Source: Candidatus Cloacimonadota bacterium
GTDB lineage: Bacteria > Muiribacteriota > UBA6191
NCBI GenBank assembly: GCA_019454875.1
Contig: JACFNL010000009.1
Coordinates: 168-64,167, forward strand
Direction: 5' to 3'
DNA: 64,000 bases
Below the pieces are notes generated by a model. The model had not been told where the DNA came from and did not search any database. It saw nothing but the letters and a program-made list of their open reading frames with translations. A program made the translations under genes and the position numbers. Position 1 is the stretch's first letter; each line of letters opens with the position of its first letter. Positions 18,258-26,659 of the stretch are shown here, piece after piece.

Positions 18258-19435
18258 GTAAACACACAGTAGATTACAACGCCTCTCAGGACTACAAAAC
18301 CTATAAACTGCTGGGAGCTGTACTTGTGGCTCTTGGTGGAATAGGGGTTCTGGGAGCATTTCAGGCAGATGTCTATCGCAGTTGGCACTGGCTTTTGATC
18401 ATGTTTTTGTTTCTGGTGAGTATTGGACTGGGGAATCTTTTTCTGATTGCCCTTGAGTATCTGGTGAACGCTAACTGGAGTACCCCAATCCGAAGAATCA
18501 GTGAGAGTCTTAGCGGGGTTTTGGTTCCGGCGGCAGGATTTGCTCTGGTGATGCTGGCTTTTGGTTCACATAAGCTTTTTCATCACTGGATTGAACCACC
18601 GGATGCGATTGTGCAGGGAAAGGTCAGTTACCTCAATATGCAGTTCTTTACCGTCAGGGTGATTCTGTGTTTTGGTGCCTGGCTTCTTTTCAGGGCATTG
18701 TTCTTAAAAAACAGTCGGGCCCAGGACAAAGATGGGGACCAGGTATACACCAGAAACAATGTGAAATATTCCACAGTGTTTATGCTTGTGTTTGCCATCA
18801 GTATTTCTGTGGCCGCAATGGACTGGATCATGAGTCTTGATCCACACTGGTTTTCCACAATGTTTGGGGTCTACTATTTTGCGGGAACCCTGGTTTCTGC
18901 AGTGAGTGTTTTGACTTTGTTCACGATTCATCTGAGGGAGAAGGGTTATCTTCCTGGAGTTAGCCGAGACACCTATTACAGTCTTGGTCTGATGATGTTT
19001 GCCTTTAACACATTCTGGGCCTACATTGCATTTTCCCAGTTCATGCTGATCTGGTATGCAAACCTTCCTGAGGAAACCCTCTGGTTTATCAAAAGGTGGG
19101 AGGGAGGCTGGATGTATGTCACCTGCGCCTTGATGATATTCCACTTTGTATTGCCATTTTTTCTCTTGCTTTCAAGAACGGTTAAGACCATACCTTCGTT
19201 TCTGGCATTTATGGCAAGGTGGCTGATTCTGGCTCACTTTCTGGATTTATATTGGCTGGTAATGCCAAATTACATTCCAAAGGAGGGAGCATCGGTTTTT
19301 GGTCTGGTCGATATCAGTTTTATTGTACTGGCAATTGGGTGCATTATGCTCTGGTTCCATAAGGAATGTTCTAAAGCGAATCTGATGCCAATCAAGGATC
19401 CTAAATTGCAGATGGGTCTGGAATTCAAATTATAA
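18254..19435 (+). CDS. actF: Alternative Complex III subunit ActF (second NrfD-like membrane subunit)
   Basis: 393-aa polytopic membrane protein following actDE. 4-nt overlap upstream. Confidence 0.8.
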   Translation: MSKHTVDYNASQDYKTYKLLGAVLVALGGIGVLGAFQADVYRSWHWLLIMFLFLVSIGLGNLFLIALEYLVNANWSTPIRRISESLSGVLVPAAGFALVMLAFGSHKLFHHWIEPPDAIVQGKVSYLNMQFFTVRVILCFGAWLLFRALFLKNSRAQDKDGDQVYTRNNVKYSTVFMLVFAISISVAAMDWIMSLDPHWFSTMFGVYYFAGTLVSAVSVLTLFTIHLREKGYLPGVSRDTYYSLGLMMFAFNTFWAYIAFSQFMLIWYANLPEETLWFIKRWEGGWMYVTCALMIFHFVLPFFLLLSRTVKTIPSFLAFMARWLILAHFLDLYWLVMPNYIPKEGASVFGLVDISFIVLAIGCIMLWFHKECSKANLMPIKDPKLQMGLEFKL

Positions 19436-20310
19436 TGCTGGGGTGTGGAATGGATAAATCTACAATAGTTCAGGCATATACAGCGGTAGTGATAGGTTGT
19501 TTTGGCCTTCTAAGTTTTAAGGGAAACAAGGTGGAGGAATGGACCCCGCTTCTGATCGATCGTCACTATGTTGAAGTCGAGCAGGAGGCAGGTCAGCAGA
19601 CTGCTGCCGTGAATCTGTCTTCTCTTGGGAAACCGGGGGCTGAAGTACTTGCAAAAGGTAAAGCCTTGTACAATCAGAACTGCATGTTCTGTCACGGTGA
19701 GAAGGGTTTGGGGGATGGAGCTGCTGGTGCTGCAATGAACCCAAAACCACGAAACTTTTTCGATACGGGTACCTGGGTTAATGGCAGAAACTACGCTGGG
19801 TTGTTTAAGACCTTAAAAAGTGGTGCAGGAACCCTTATGGCACCCTATGACACCCTTCCCGTTGAAGATCGTATTGCCATGATTGAATACATTCGTGAAG
19901 AGTTTCAGGGGTCATCCAAGGTGGCGGTGACAGATTCCGAACTTCAGGAAATGGATAAACTCTATTCCCTGTCTAAGGGAGTAAGATCGGCCTCCAAAAT
20001 ACCGGTTCCCAAGGCTTTAGAAATTGTGGCTACAGAAGAGGCCCAAAAAGTGGAGCGGTACAGACAGATCCTTGAACTTTTGATGTCAGCCGACTATCTG
20101 CCAGGACAGAAGGAGTTTGTCTCAATTGTTGGAAATGGAGAGTCTGCCATTAAGATTCTTTCTGAAAATCAGATCTGGAAACGGGATTCATTGAGCCTTG
20201 CCCGTGTGGTTTCTGGCTCCAATGACAATCGGGCATTCCGGGCAAGTGCAGCTGGTTTAAGCCGCGAAGACTGGGAATTGATGTATCAGTTTTTAAGGAC
20301 GATGATCTAG
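19435..20310 (+). CDS. Membrane-anchored class I cytochrome c with ~135-aa C-terminal extension
   Basis: N-terminal TM helix, single CMFCHGEKGLGDG heme motif, MAPY Met-ligand region, then an uncharacterised C-terminal domain. The start may be ATG 19450 (MDKST). Confidence 0.75.
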   Translation: MLGCGMDKSTIVQAYTAVVIGCFGLLSFKGNKVEEWTPLLIDRHYVEVEQEAGQQTAAVNLSSLGKPGAEVLAKGKALYNQNCMFCHGEKGLGDGAAGAAMNPKPRNFFDTGTWVNGRNYAGLFKTLKSGAGTLMAPYDTLPVEDRIAMIEYIREEFQGSSKVAVTDSELQEMDKLYSLSKGVRSASKIPVPKALEIVATEEAQKVERYRQILELLMSADYLPGQKEFVSIVGNGESAIKILSENQIWKRDSLSLARVVSGSNDNRAFRASAAGLSREDWELMYQFLRTMI

Positions 20311-20317
20311 GCTTCAC

Positions 20318-21130
20318 ATGAAGTATTTAATTCAAATTAGTTTGCCCATTCTGCTTCTGATGAATTGTTTTTCATCGGAAACCGGCTTAAAAAATGTTCC
20401 GGCTCAGGACTCTGAACTAGCCATTGGGATTGAGGAAAAGCTTGGGGGAATGATCCCCCTTGATCTCTCGTTTAAAGATGAAGCAGGTGCCGATGTCACT
20501 CTGTCCAGTTACATTGACAAGCCTGTTATCCTGACCCTTGTATATTATCGTTGCCCAGGTATTTGCAGTCCTCTTTTAGAAGGATTGACCAAGGCAATTG
20601 ATAGAATGAAGATTAAGTCTGGACAGGACTACAAGCTTGTGACCCTTAGTTTTGACCCGACTGAGACTCCAGAGCTTGCAAGGCAGAAGAAGGCGAACTA
20701 CTTAAAGACTATGAAAAATCCTCCTGAGGATAAGGATTGGGTCTGGCTTAGTGGAGATGAAGAAAGTATTCGTAAAGTAACGGACGCAACCGGATTTCGG
20801 TATAAACGGGAAGGTAAGGATTTTATTCATTCAGCCACACTGATGGCAGTGTCGCCCAGTGGAAAAATAAGCCGATATTTGTACGGCACTTCCTTTTTGC
20901 CCTTTGATATTCAGCTGGCTTTGGCTGAAGCTCAGGCCGAAAGAACTGGGCCGACAATAGCAAAACTTCTGAAGTTTTGTTTCAGTTATGATCCGGGTGC
21001 TAAAAAATATGTATTGCAGGTTACACGAATCATTGGAACAGTGATGTTAATGATCCTCGCAGGATTCCTCTTGTTTCTGGTCTATGGAGGCCCCAAGAGA
21101 ACAGATGTTGATCAGGATGTGAAAGGATAG
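20318..21130 (+). CDS. SCO1/SenC copper chaperone
   Basis: Thioredoxin-fold CPGIC motif plus downstream His (FIHSATLMAV). N-terminal signal/lipobox-like LLLMNC and an additional C-terminal TM helix (IIGTVMLMILAGFLLFLVYGG). Confidence 0.8.
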   Translation: MKYLIQISLPILLLMNCFSSETGLKNVPAQDSELAIGIEEKLGGMIPLDLSFKDEAGADVTLSSYIDKPVILTLVYYRCPGICSPLLEGLTKAIDRMKIKSGQDYKLVTLSFDPTETPELARQKKANYLKTMKNPPEDKDWVWLSGDEESIRKVTDATGFRYKREGKDFIHSATLMAVSPSGKISRYLYGTSFLPFDIQLALAEAQAERTGPTIAKLLKFCFSYDPGAKKYVLQVTRIIGTVMLMILAGFLLFLVYGGPKRTDVDQDVKG

Positions 21131-22809
21131 TGGTTATGGGTGCAGGAGCTAAGGCGTTTTATCATGATGACGCTGTTGTTTTTGCGGGAATGTTCCAGGC
21201 AGTTAAAAAAGCCGGAAAAAATTCCAGTGTATTTAGAGCGATTGCCTGGGTTTTATCCTGGATATTGAGTACAGATCACAAGCGGGTCGGAATTTTGTAC
21301 TTTGTGGCAATGTTCAGCTTTTTTTCAGTTGCCGTTAGCTTAGGCATCATGATGAGGCTGGAGCTGTTTCAGTCAGGTCAGCAGTTTTTTGAGCCCAAAA
21401 CTTATAATGCAATGTTTACCCTGCATGGGGTAATCATGACATTTCTGTTTATTGTGCCAGGGATTCCTGCAATTTTTGGAAATTTTCTTTTGCCCCTTCA
21501 GCTTGGAGCAGCCGATGTGTCCATGCCAAGACTAAATCTGGCAAGCTGGTACATGTACATAATTGGTGCAATCATGGCGGTGGTGTCCCTGTTCTCAAAT
21601 GGAGGCGCACCCGATGGTGGCTGGACCTTTTATGCACCCTATTCCATCCAAACACAGACCAATGTTTCTCTGGCTCTGGTAGCTGCTTTCACGCTGGGAC
21701 TTAGCTCCATATTCACAGGAATGAACTTTTTGACCACGATTCACAGGCTAAAAGCACCCGGTATGGGCTGGTTTGATATGCCTTTGTTTGTGTGGTCCTT
21801 GTATGCCACCGCCTGGATTCAGGTTCTAGCCACTCCTGTGGTCGGTATTACCCTGCTTTTGACAGTAATGGAAAGAACCCTTCAGATTGGGATTTTTAAT
21901 CCAAGTCTGGGCGGGGATCCGGTACTGTATCAGCATATGTTCTGGATTTATTCCCATCCTGTAGTGTATGTGATGATTCTTCCAGCTATGGGTGTTATTT
22001 CAGATGTATTGCCAGTGTTTGCCAGAAGACATATCTTTGGTTACAAGGCGATTGCCTACAGTACGATGGCCATTGCTGGTTCCGGTTATTTTGTGTGGGC
22101 ACACCATATGTTCACCAGTGGTATATCTGATGTGGCAAGACTGGTGTTTTCTTTTATTACCTTTCTGGTAGCGATTCCTACGGCAATTAAAATATTTAAC
22201 TGGCTTGCTACCTTGTACCGGGGTTCTATTCAGATTGATCCACCCATGTTATGGGCATTGACCTTTTTGTTTACCTTCAGTATTGGTGGTTTGACAGGTC
22301 TGGCCTTAGGTGCCGTGGTTACAGATATTCACCTGCATGATACATATTATGTTGTGGGACACTTCCATTATGTGATGTTTGGTGGTGGTGGAGTCGGGAT
22401 GTTTGCCGCACTGCATCACTGGTTTCCTAAAATCACGGGAAGAATGTACAACTTCTTTCATGCCAAGGTGTCCTGGTTTTTCTTTTTTGTCGGATTTAAC
22501 ATGCTGTATTTCCCGATGCTGATTCTGGGCGTTATGGGCATGCCAAGACGGTACCATGACTATTTGCCTCAGTACGATTTTCTGAATTCTGTAGCTACTA
22601 TAGGCTCGTGGATTATGGTGTTTGGAATTCTTTATATGTTTGCCAATCTTTTGAAAGGTCTGCTCAGTGGAGAAAAAGCTGGATCCAATCCATGGAATGC
22701 CAAAACTATGGAGTGGGAGACTCAGTCACCCCCAGTACTGCATAATTTTGAAAAGCAGCCAAAAATGGTACATGGACCTTATGATTATGAAGGAGAATGG
22801 GTCAAATGA
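21130..22809 (+). CDS. ctaD: Cytochrome c oxidase subunit I (heme-copper oxidase, A-type)
   Basis: 559 aa with STDHKRVGILYF, FMIMPAM-like ILPAMGV, HHMFTSG and GHFHYVMFGG blocks. The start may be ATG 21136 rather than GTG 21130. Confidence 0.95.
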   Translation: MVMGAGAKAFYHDDAVVFAGMFQAVKKAGKNSSVFRAIAWVLSWILSTDHKRVGILYFVAMFSFFSVAVSLGIMMRLELFQSGQQFFEPKTYNAMFTLHGVIMTFLFIVPGIPAIFGNFLLPLQLGAADVSMPRLNLASWYMYIIGAIMAVVSLFSNGGAPDGGWTFYAPYSIQTQTNVSLALVAAFTLGLSSIFTGMNFLTTIHRLKAPGMGWFDMPLFVWSLYATAWIQVLATPVVGITLLLTVMERTLQIGIFNPSLGGDPVLYQHMFWIYSHPVVYVMILPAMGVISDVLPVFARRHIFGYKAIAYSTMAIAGSGYFVWAHHMFTSGISDVARLVFSFITFLVAIPTAIKIFNWLATLYRGSIQIDPPMLWALTFLFTFSIGGLTGLALGAVVTDIHLHDTYYVVGHFHYVMFGGGGVGMFAALHHWFPKITGRMYNFFHAKVSWFFFFVGFNMLYFPMLILGVMGMPRRYHDYLPQYDFLNSVATIGSWIMVFGILYMFANLLKGLLSGEKAGSNPWNAKTMEWETQSPPVLHNFEKQPKMVHGPYDYEGEWVK

Positions 22810-23447
22810 GTTCACACGCAGCATCTCATCCCCAGGACGCTCATTCGGATAATCCGCACGCGGATTATATCGGAGACAAAGTAGGTTTCTGGTTCTTTCT
22901 TTACACAGAACTAGTATTGTTCGGTGGCCTGTTTCTGGGATACTTTTTTTACCACATGAAATATAAAGAGGCATTTCATGAGGCAGGTTCCCATCTTAAT
23001 GTATTTATGGGTGCCGGAAATACGGTTGTACTTCTGACAAGTTCTCTGACAATGGTAATGTCGCTAACAGCTCTGCAAAAGAGAAAAAAGGGGCTTAGCC
23101 TTTTGTATCTTGGCATGACAATTCTGTTTGCATTGGCATTTATGGTAGTGAAGTATTTTGAATGGGGGGCAAAGTTCAGCTATGGTCTGTACCCAGGCTC
23201 CGAGATTCTTCAGTCCAGCCATTCTGATGGGGTTATCATATTTTACGGTCTGTATTTTGTAATGACAGGTACGCATGGGGTGCATGTGGTTTTGGGTCTT
23301 TTGGCCCTAAGCTGGATGTTTGTCTGGGTATGGCAGGGAAAAATTCATGCTGATGACTATGCTTACCTGGAAAATGTTGGACTGTACTGGCACTTGGTAG
23401 ACTTAATCTGGATCTATCTGTTTCCACTGCTTTATCTGGTGGCCTAA
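22797..23447 (+). CDS. ctaE: Cytochrome c oxidase subunit III
   Basis: 216-aa membrane protein (FWFFLYTELVLFGGLF ... GTHGVHVVLG ... YWHLVDLIWIYLF), typical of subunit III. Confidence 0.9.
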   Translation: MGQMSSHAASHPQDAHSDNPHADYIGDKVGFWFFLYTELVLFGGLFLGYFFYHMKYKEAFHEAGSHLNVFMGAGNTVVLLTSSLTMVMSLTALQKRKKGLSLLYLGMTILFALAFMVVKYFEWGAKFSYGLYPGSEILQSSHSDGVIIFYGLYFVMTGTHGVHVVLGLLALSWMFVWVWQGKIHADDYAYLENVGLYWHLVDLIWIYLFPLLYLVA

Positions 23448-23456
23448 GGAGTAGCG

Positions 23457-23759
23457 ATGGGTTCTCATGAACAATCTCACGACCACGATCATCATATCAT
23501 TGGGTATGGTACTCACCTTGTAATCTATTTTGGCTTGCTGCTTCTGACTGGTTTGACCGTGGCAGTGGCCCGGGTCAATCTGGGAGAACTGAACCTTTGG
23601 GTGGCAATGCTGGTGGCTACATTCAAGGCAGCCCTGGTGATCCTTTATTTTATGCATATGAAATATGAACACAAACTCATTCAGTTTCTGTTCGTCATTG
23701 CTTTGTTGGCTTTGTTTTTGCCTTATGGAGCCGTATTTATTGATTACTTGCATCGCTGA
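23457..23759 (+). CDS. Cytochrome c oxidase subunit IV (caa3-type small subunit)
   Basis: 100 aa, 3 TM helices, VILYFMHMKYE block characteristic of bacterial CoxIV/CtaF-type proteins. Confidence 0.8.
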   Translation: MGSHEQSHDHDHHIIGYGTHLVIYFGLLLLTGLTVAVARVNLGELNLWVAMLVATFKAALVILYFMHMKYEHKLIQFLFVIALLALFLPYGAVFIDYLHR

Positions 23760-23794
23760 TTCAGGCATCCAAGGCTTGAGTAGGGGAGTTAATT

Positions 23795-24706
23795 ATGTTT
23801 TCTGATGTCGCAGATACAGTCAAAAATGCAGACTTTGCGTTTTTGATCATTTTTTCGCTGTGCATCTTCTTTTTGGTACTGAACACAGCGATTATGATCT
23901 TTTTCTGCTGGCGATACAGTCGCAAGCGAAATCCGGTGCCAACACAAATAGAGGGTCATTTGGGGCTCGAACTGTTCTGGACAATTGTTCCGACAATATT
24001 GGTGATGGGCCTGTTTTATATCGGAATGGGTTTTCAAAAGGATTCTGAAGTTCCCGAGGATGCCATGGTCATCAAAGTTACGGGCAGAATGTGGTCCTGG
24101 ACTTATGAGTATGCCAATGGCAAGATCGGATCCGACCTGGTTTTACCCATTGGAAGGGCCGTGAAGCTGGAAATGACTGCCCCCAAAGGTGATGTTTTGC
24201 ACAGCTTTTATATCCCGGCCTTTCGTATTAAGCGGGATGTATTACCGAATCAGACCACTATTCTTTGGTTTGTGCCCAAAACAACTGGGGAATACAATGT
24301 TTTTTGTGCCGAATACTGCGGGTTAAGCCATTCTAAAATGATTGGCAAACTTAAGGTAGTATCCGCCTCCGAGTTTAAGGACTGGTATGGGGATGACTCA
24401 CCTGTGAAGCAGGAAGGACCTGAAGTTGGTCAACGAATTGCCGTAGCCAATGGATGTATGGGATGCCACAGTACTGATGGTTCCCGTATGGTTGGACCTA
24501 CCTTTAAAGGTCTTTGGGGACGCAAAGGTCAGCTTCTTGTGGATGGAAAAAAAGTAGATTATGTTGCTGATGAGGCATACATTCTCAAGTCCATCAAACA
24601 GCCCAACGCGGAAGTGGTGGATGGGTATCCTAATGCCATGATTGCCAATCAGCTTGGGGATGAAGATATAAATCATCTGATTACTTACTTTAAGAGCCTT
24701 CAATGA
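23795..24706 (+). CDS. ctaC: Cytochrome c oxidase subunit II with fused C-terminal cytochrome c (caa3-type)
   Basis: Two N-terminal TM helices, CuA site HSFYIPAF ... CAEYCGLSHSKM, and C-terminal heme c domain CMGCHSTDG. Confidence 0.9.
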   Translation: MFSDVADTVKNADFAFLIIFSLCIFFLVLNTAIMIFFCWRYSRKRNPVPTQIEGHLGLELFWTIVPTILVMGLFYIGMGFQKDSEVPEDAMVIKVTGRMWSWTYEYANGKIGSDLVLPIGRAVKLEMTAPKGDVLHSFYIPAFRIKRDVLPNQTTILWFVPKTTGEYNVFCAEYCGLSHSKMIGKLKVVSASEFKDWYGDDSPVKQEGPEVGQRIAVANGCMGCHSTDGSRMVGPTFKGLWGRKGQLLVDGKKVDYVADEAYILKSIKQPNAEVVDGYPNAMIANQLGDEDINHLITYFKSLQ

Positions 24707-25590
24707 GTGAGTTGGCATCAGTTTCGTCAAAGTCTCTATTAAGTTCCTTAGTTGAGCTTTGTAAGCTAAAAATTACTGTGGCGGTTACGATCACCACAGT
24801 AGCCGGGTATGCACTCGGTGCAGCCAGAATTGATTCCGCAATCATTCTGCCTACTTTTGGACTTTTCCTTGTAGCCAGTGGTTCGGCAGCTCTGAACCAC
24901 TGGCAGGAAAGGGACACAGATGCCCGCATGAACAGAACACGCGAGAGGCCAATCCCTTCGGGCAGGATATCTGCACTTCAGGCTGCCTGTTTTGCCTTTT
25001 TCCTGGTCATTAGCGGGGCAATGATTCTTTATTTTCAGTCTGGACTTACAGCGAGCCTTCTTTCACTTTTAGCAATGATCTGGTACAACGGATTTTATAC
25101 ACCGTTAAAAAAGGTCTCGGCTTATGCCGTAGTTCCTGGAGGGCTTATTGGATCGATTCCACCTATGGTTGGCTGGGTAGCTGCCGGACGGGGAGTGCTT
25201 GATCTTGAGATACTGGCCTTTGCCTTTTTTATATTTCTGTGGCAGGTGCCCCATTTCTGGCTCTTGTCCATGTTTTTGGGACAGGACTATGAAAAGGGTG
25301 GATTTCCCTGTATCAGTAATCTGTTTTCTGAAGCCCAGATGAGACGGATTATTTATAGCTGGAGCGTAGCTACAGTAATATCTCCTTTCCTGATTCTTGG
25401 TGCTACAGGAGAGTTCTCTCTGGTTTTGAGTCTGATTATAGCTGGCCTGGGATTTTGGCTACTCCAGAAACATTCTGTATTGGTGAGGCCATTGGCTGGT
25501 GTTGTTAGTTATAAAAAAGCGTTTATGCAGATAAATTTTTACGCATTGATGATAATGGTTACCCTGGTCGCACATCGACTGATGGTTTAA
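24703..25590 (+). CDS. ctaB: Protoheme IX farnesyltransferase (heme O synthase)
   Basis: 295-aa UbiA-family membrane protein with NHWQERDTDARMNRTRERPIPSG (the NxxxDxxxD-type motif of CtaB/CyoE). 4-nt overlap with ctaC. Confidence 0.9.
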   Translation: MSELASVSSKSLLSSLVELCKLKITVAVTITTVAGYALGAARIDSAIILPTFGLFLVASGSAALNHWQERDTDARMNRTRERPIPSGRISALQAACFAFFLVISGAMILYFQSGLTASLLSLLAMIWYNGFYTPLKKVSAYAVVPGGLIGSIPPMVGWVAAGRGVLDLEILAFAFFIFLWQVPHFWLLSMFLGQDYEKGGFPCISNLFSEAQMRRIIYSWSVATVISPFLILGATGEFSLVLSLIIAGLGFWLLQKHSVLVRPLAGVVSYKKAFMQINFYALMIMVTLVAHRLMV

Positions 25591-25603
25591 GGAGTTCTTA
25601 GTC

Positions 25604-26650
25604 ATGGCAAGTTCATTGATTCTGCAACCTAGTGAGGATTTAGTATTGCTACTGGATATTTTGAAGGCAGTGACCCTCATAGTTTTCCTGCCTGGTCTTG
25701 GGGTAATTATTGGTTCGGCTTCTGTGGCTTTTGTATTTGGCTGTCTAGGAAGGCAGAGCGGGGATCAGAAATACATTTTTGGTGCCCACAAGATTCTCTC
25801 AAAAATGCAATTAAGCAGTGGATTGAATTTTTTGTTCACCAGTGTCCCTATTCTTAGTCTGGCCCTCATTTATGCCCAGACTCTTTATGGAACAGAAAGT
25901 CAAATTGGAGTGGCCCTCCTAGTCACCTTTCTTTTGGCCATGTTAAGTACCTATTTTCTGAATCGCTACATTTATGATGTGGAGCAGGAAGTTCATGCGA
26001 TTAGGGTTCTTGAGCATTTAAATATTACAAGTCCAGCTGGCAAGGTTATGGCTTCAGAAATAGCCCATCACAAAGATGCCCATGCTCAGACTCAGGGCCT
26101 GCATGGATCTTTTGGTATTGTCGGATTGATGCTGGCCTCCCTTTTTGCCTTTGCCTGTATGGATGTGGTCTTTCACCCGGAAAAATGGGAAAATTTTACT
26201 ATTGTGACTCTTTTGTTGAGCGTGAGCATGTGGGCACAGTGGTTTGGGTTTATCTGTATGGGATTTACCCTGACTGGTGCAGGGTTTATGATTCTTTTTA
26301 GAAAAGATACCGAATGTGAATGTCTGGGTAAACTTGGAGAATGTGTTGCCTGGGGTTTTGGCCTGAGCCTTCCTCTTTTAAGTCTGGCTACAGCATTTAC
26401 CCTGCCTGATGCAACCTGGTCACTAGGACTTAGTATTCTCAGTATTTTAGGTGTTGGTTCACTGACATTGGCATTAGTCAATATATCCGGTTCTCAAAGC
26501 CGAGGAATTCTGGCCTCAGGCTTTTTTGTGCTGGTGTGCCTTCTGTTCACTACTACAACTGAGGCCGTCAAATTGACACTGGTGTTTCGCAATGCCACCC
26601 ACGATCATCTGCAAAAGGTGATGGTAGTCAAGGATAAATCAGCCCATTAG
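25604..26650 (+). CDS. Polytopic membrane protein of unknown function at the end of the oxidase operon
   Basis: 348 aa with about 8 hydrophobic helices, starting 14 nt after ctaB. Does not show the paired-His pattern of heme A synthase CtaA. No family recognised. Confidence 0.55.
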   Translation: MASSLILQPSEDLVLLLDILKAVTLIVFLPGLGVIIGSASVAFVFGCLGRQSGDQKYIFGAHKILSKMQLSSGLNFLFTSVPILSLALIYAQTLYGTESQIGVALLVTFLLAMLSTYFLNRYIYDVEQEVHAIRVLEHLNITSPAGKVMASEIAHHKDAHAQTQGLHGSFGIVGLMLASLFAFACMDVVFHPEKWENFTIVTLLLSVSMWAQWFGFICMGFTLTGAGFMILFRKDTECECLGKLGECVAWGFGLSLPLLSLATAFTLPDATWSLGLSILSILGVGSLTLALVNISGSQSRGILASGFFVLVCLLFTTTTEAVKLTLVFRNATHDHLQKVMVVKDKSAH

Positions 26651-26659
26651 TTTTTGAGT

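Noticed and set aside
25604-26650. Calling the 348-aa membrane protein heme A synthase (ctaA)
   Set aside because: It lacks the conserved paired histidines in TM helices expected for CtaA/COX15. Only its position supports the idea.
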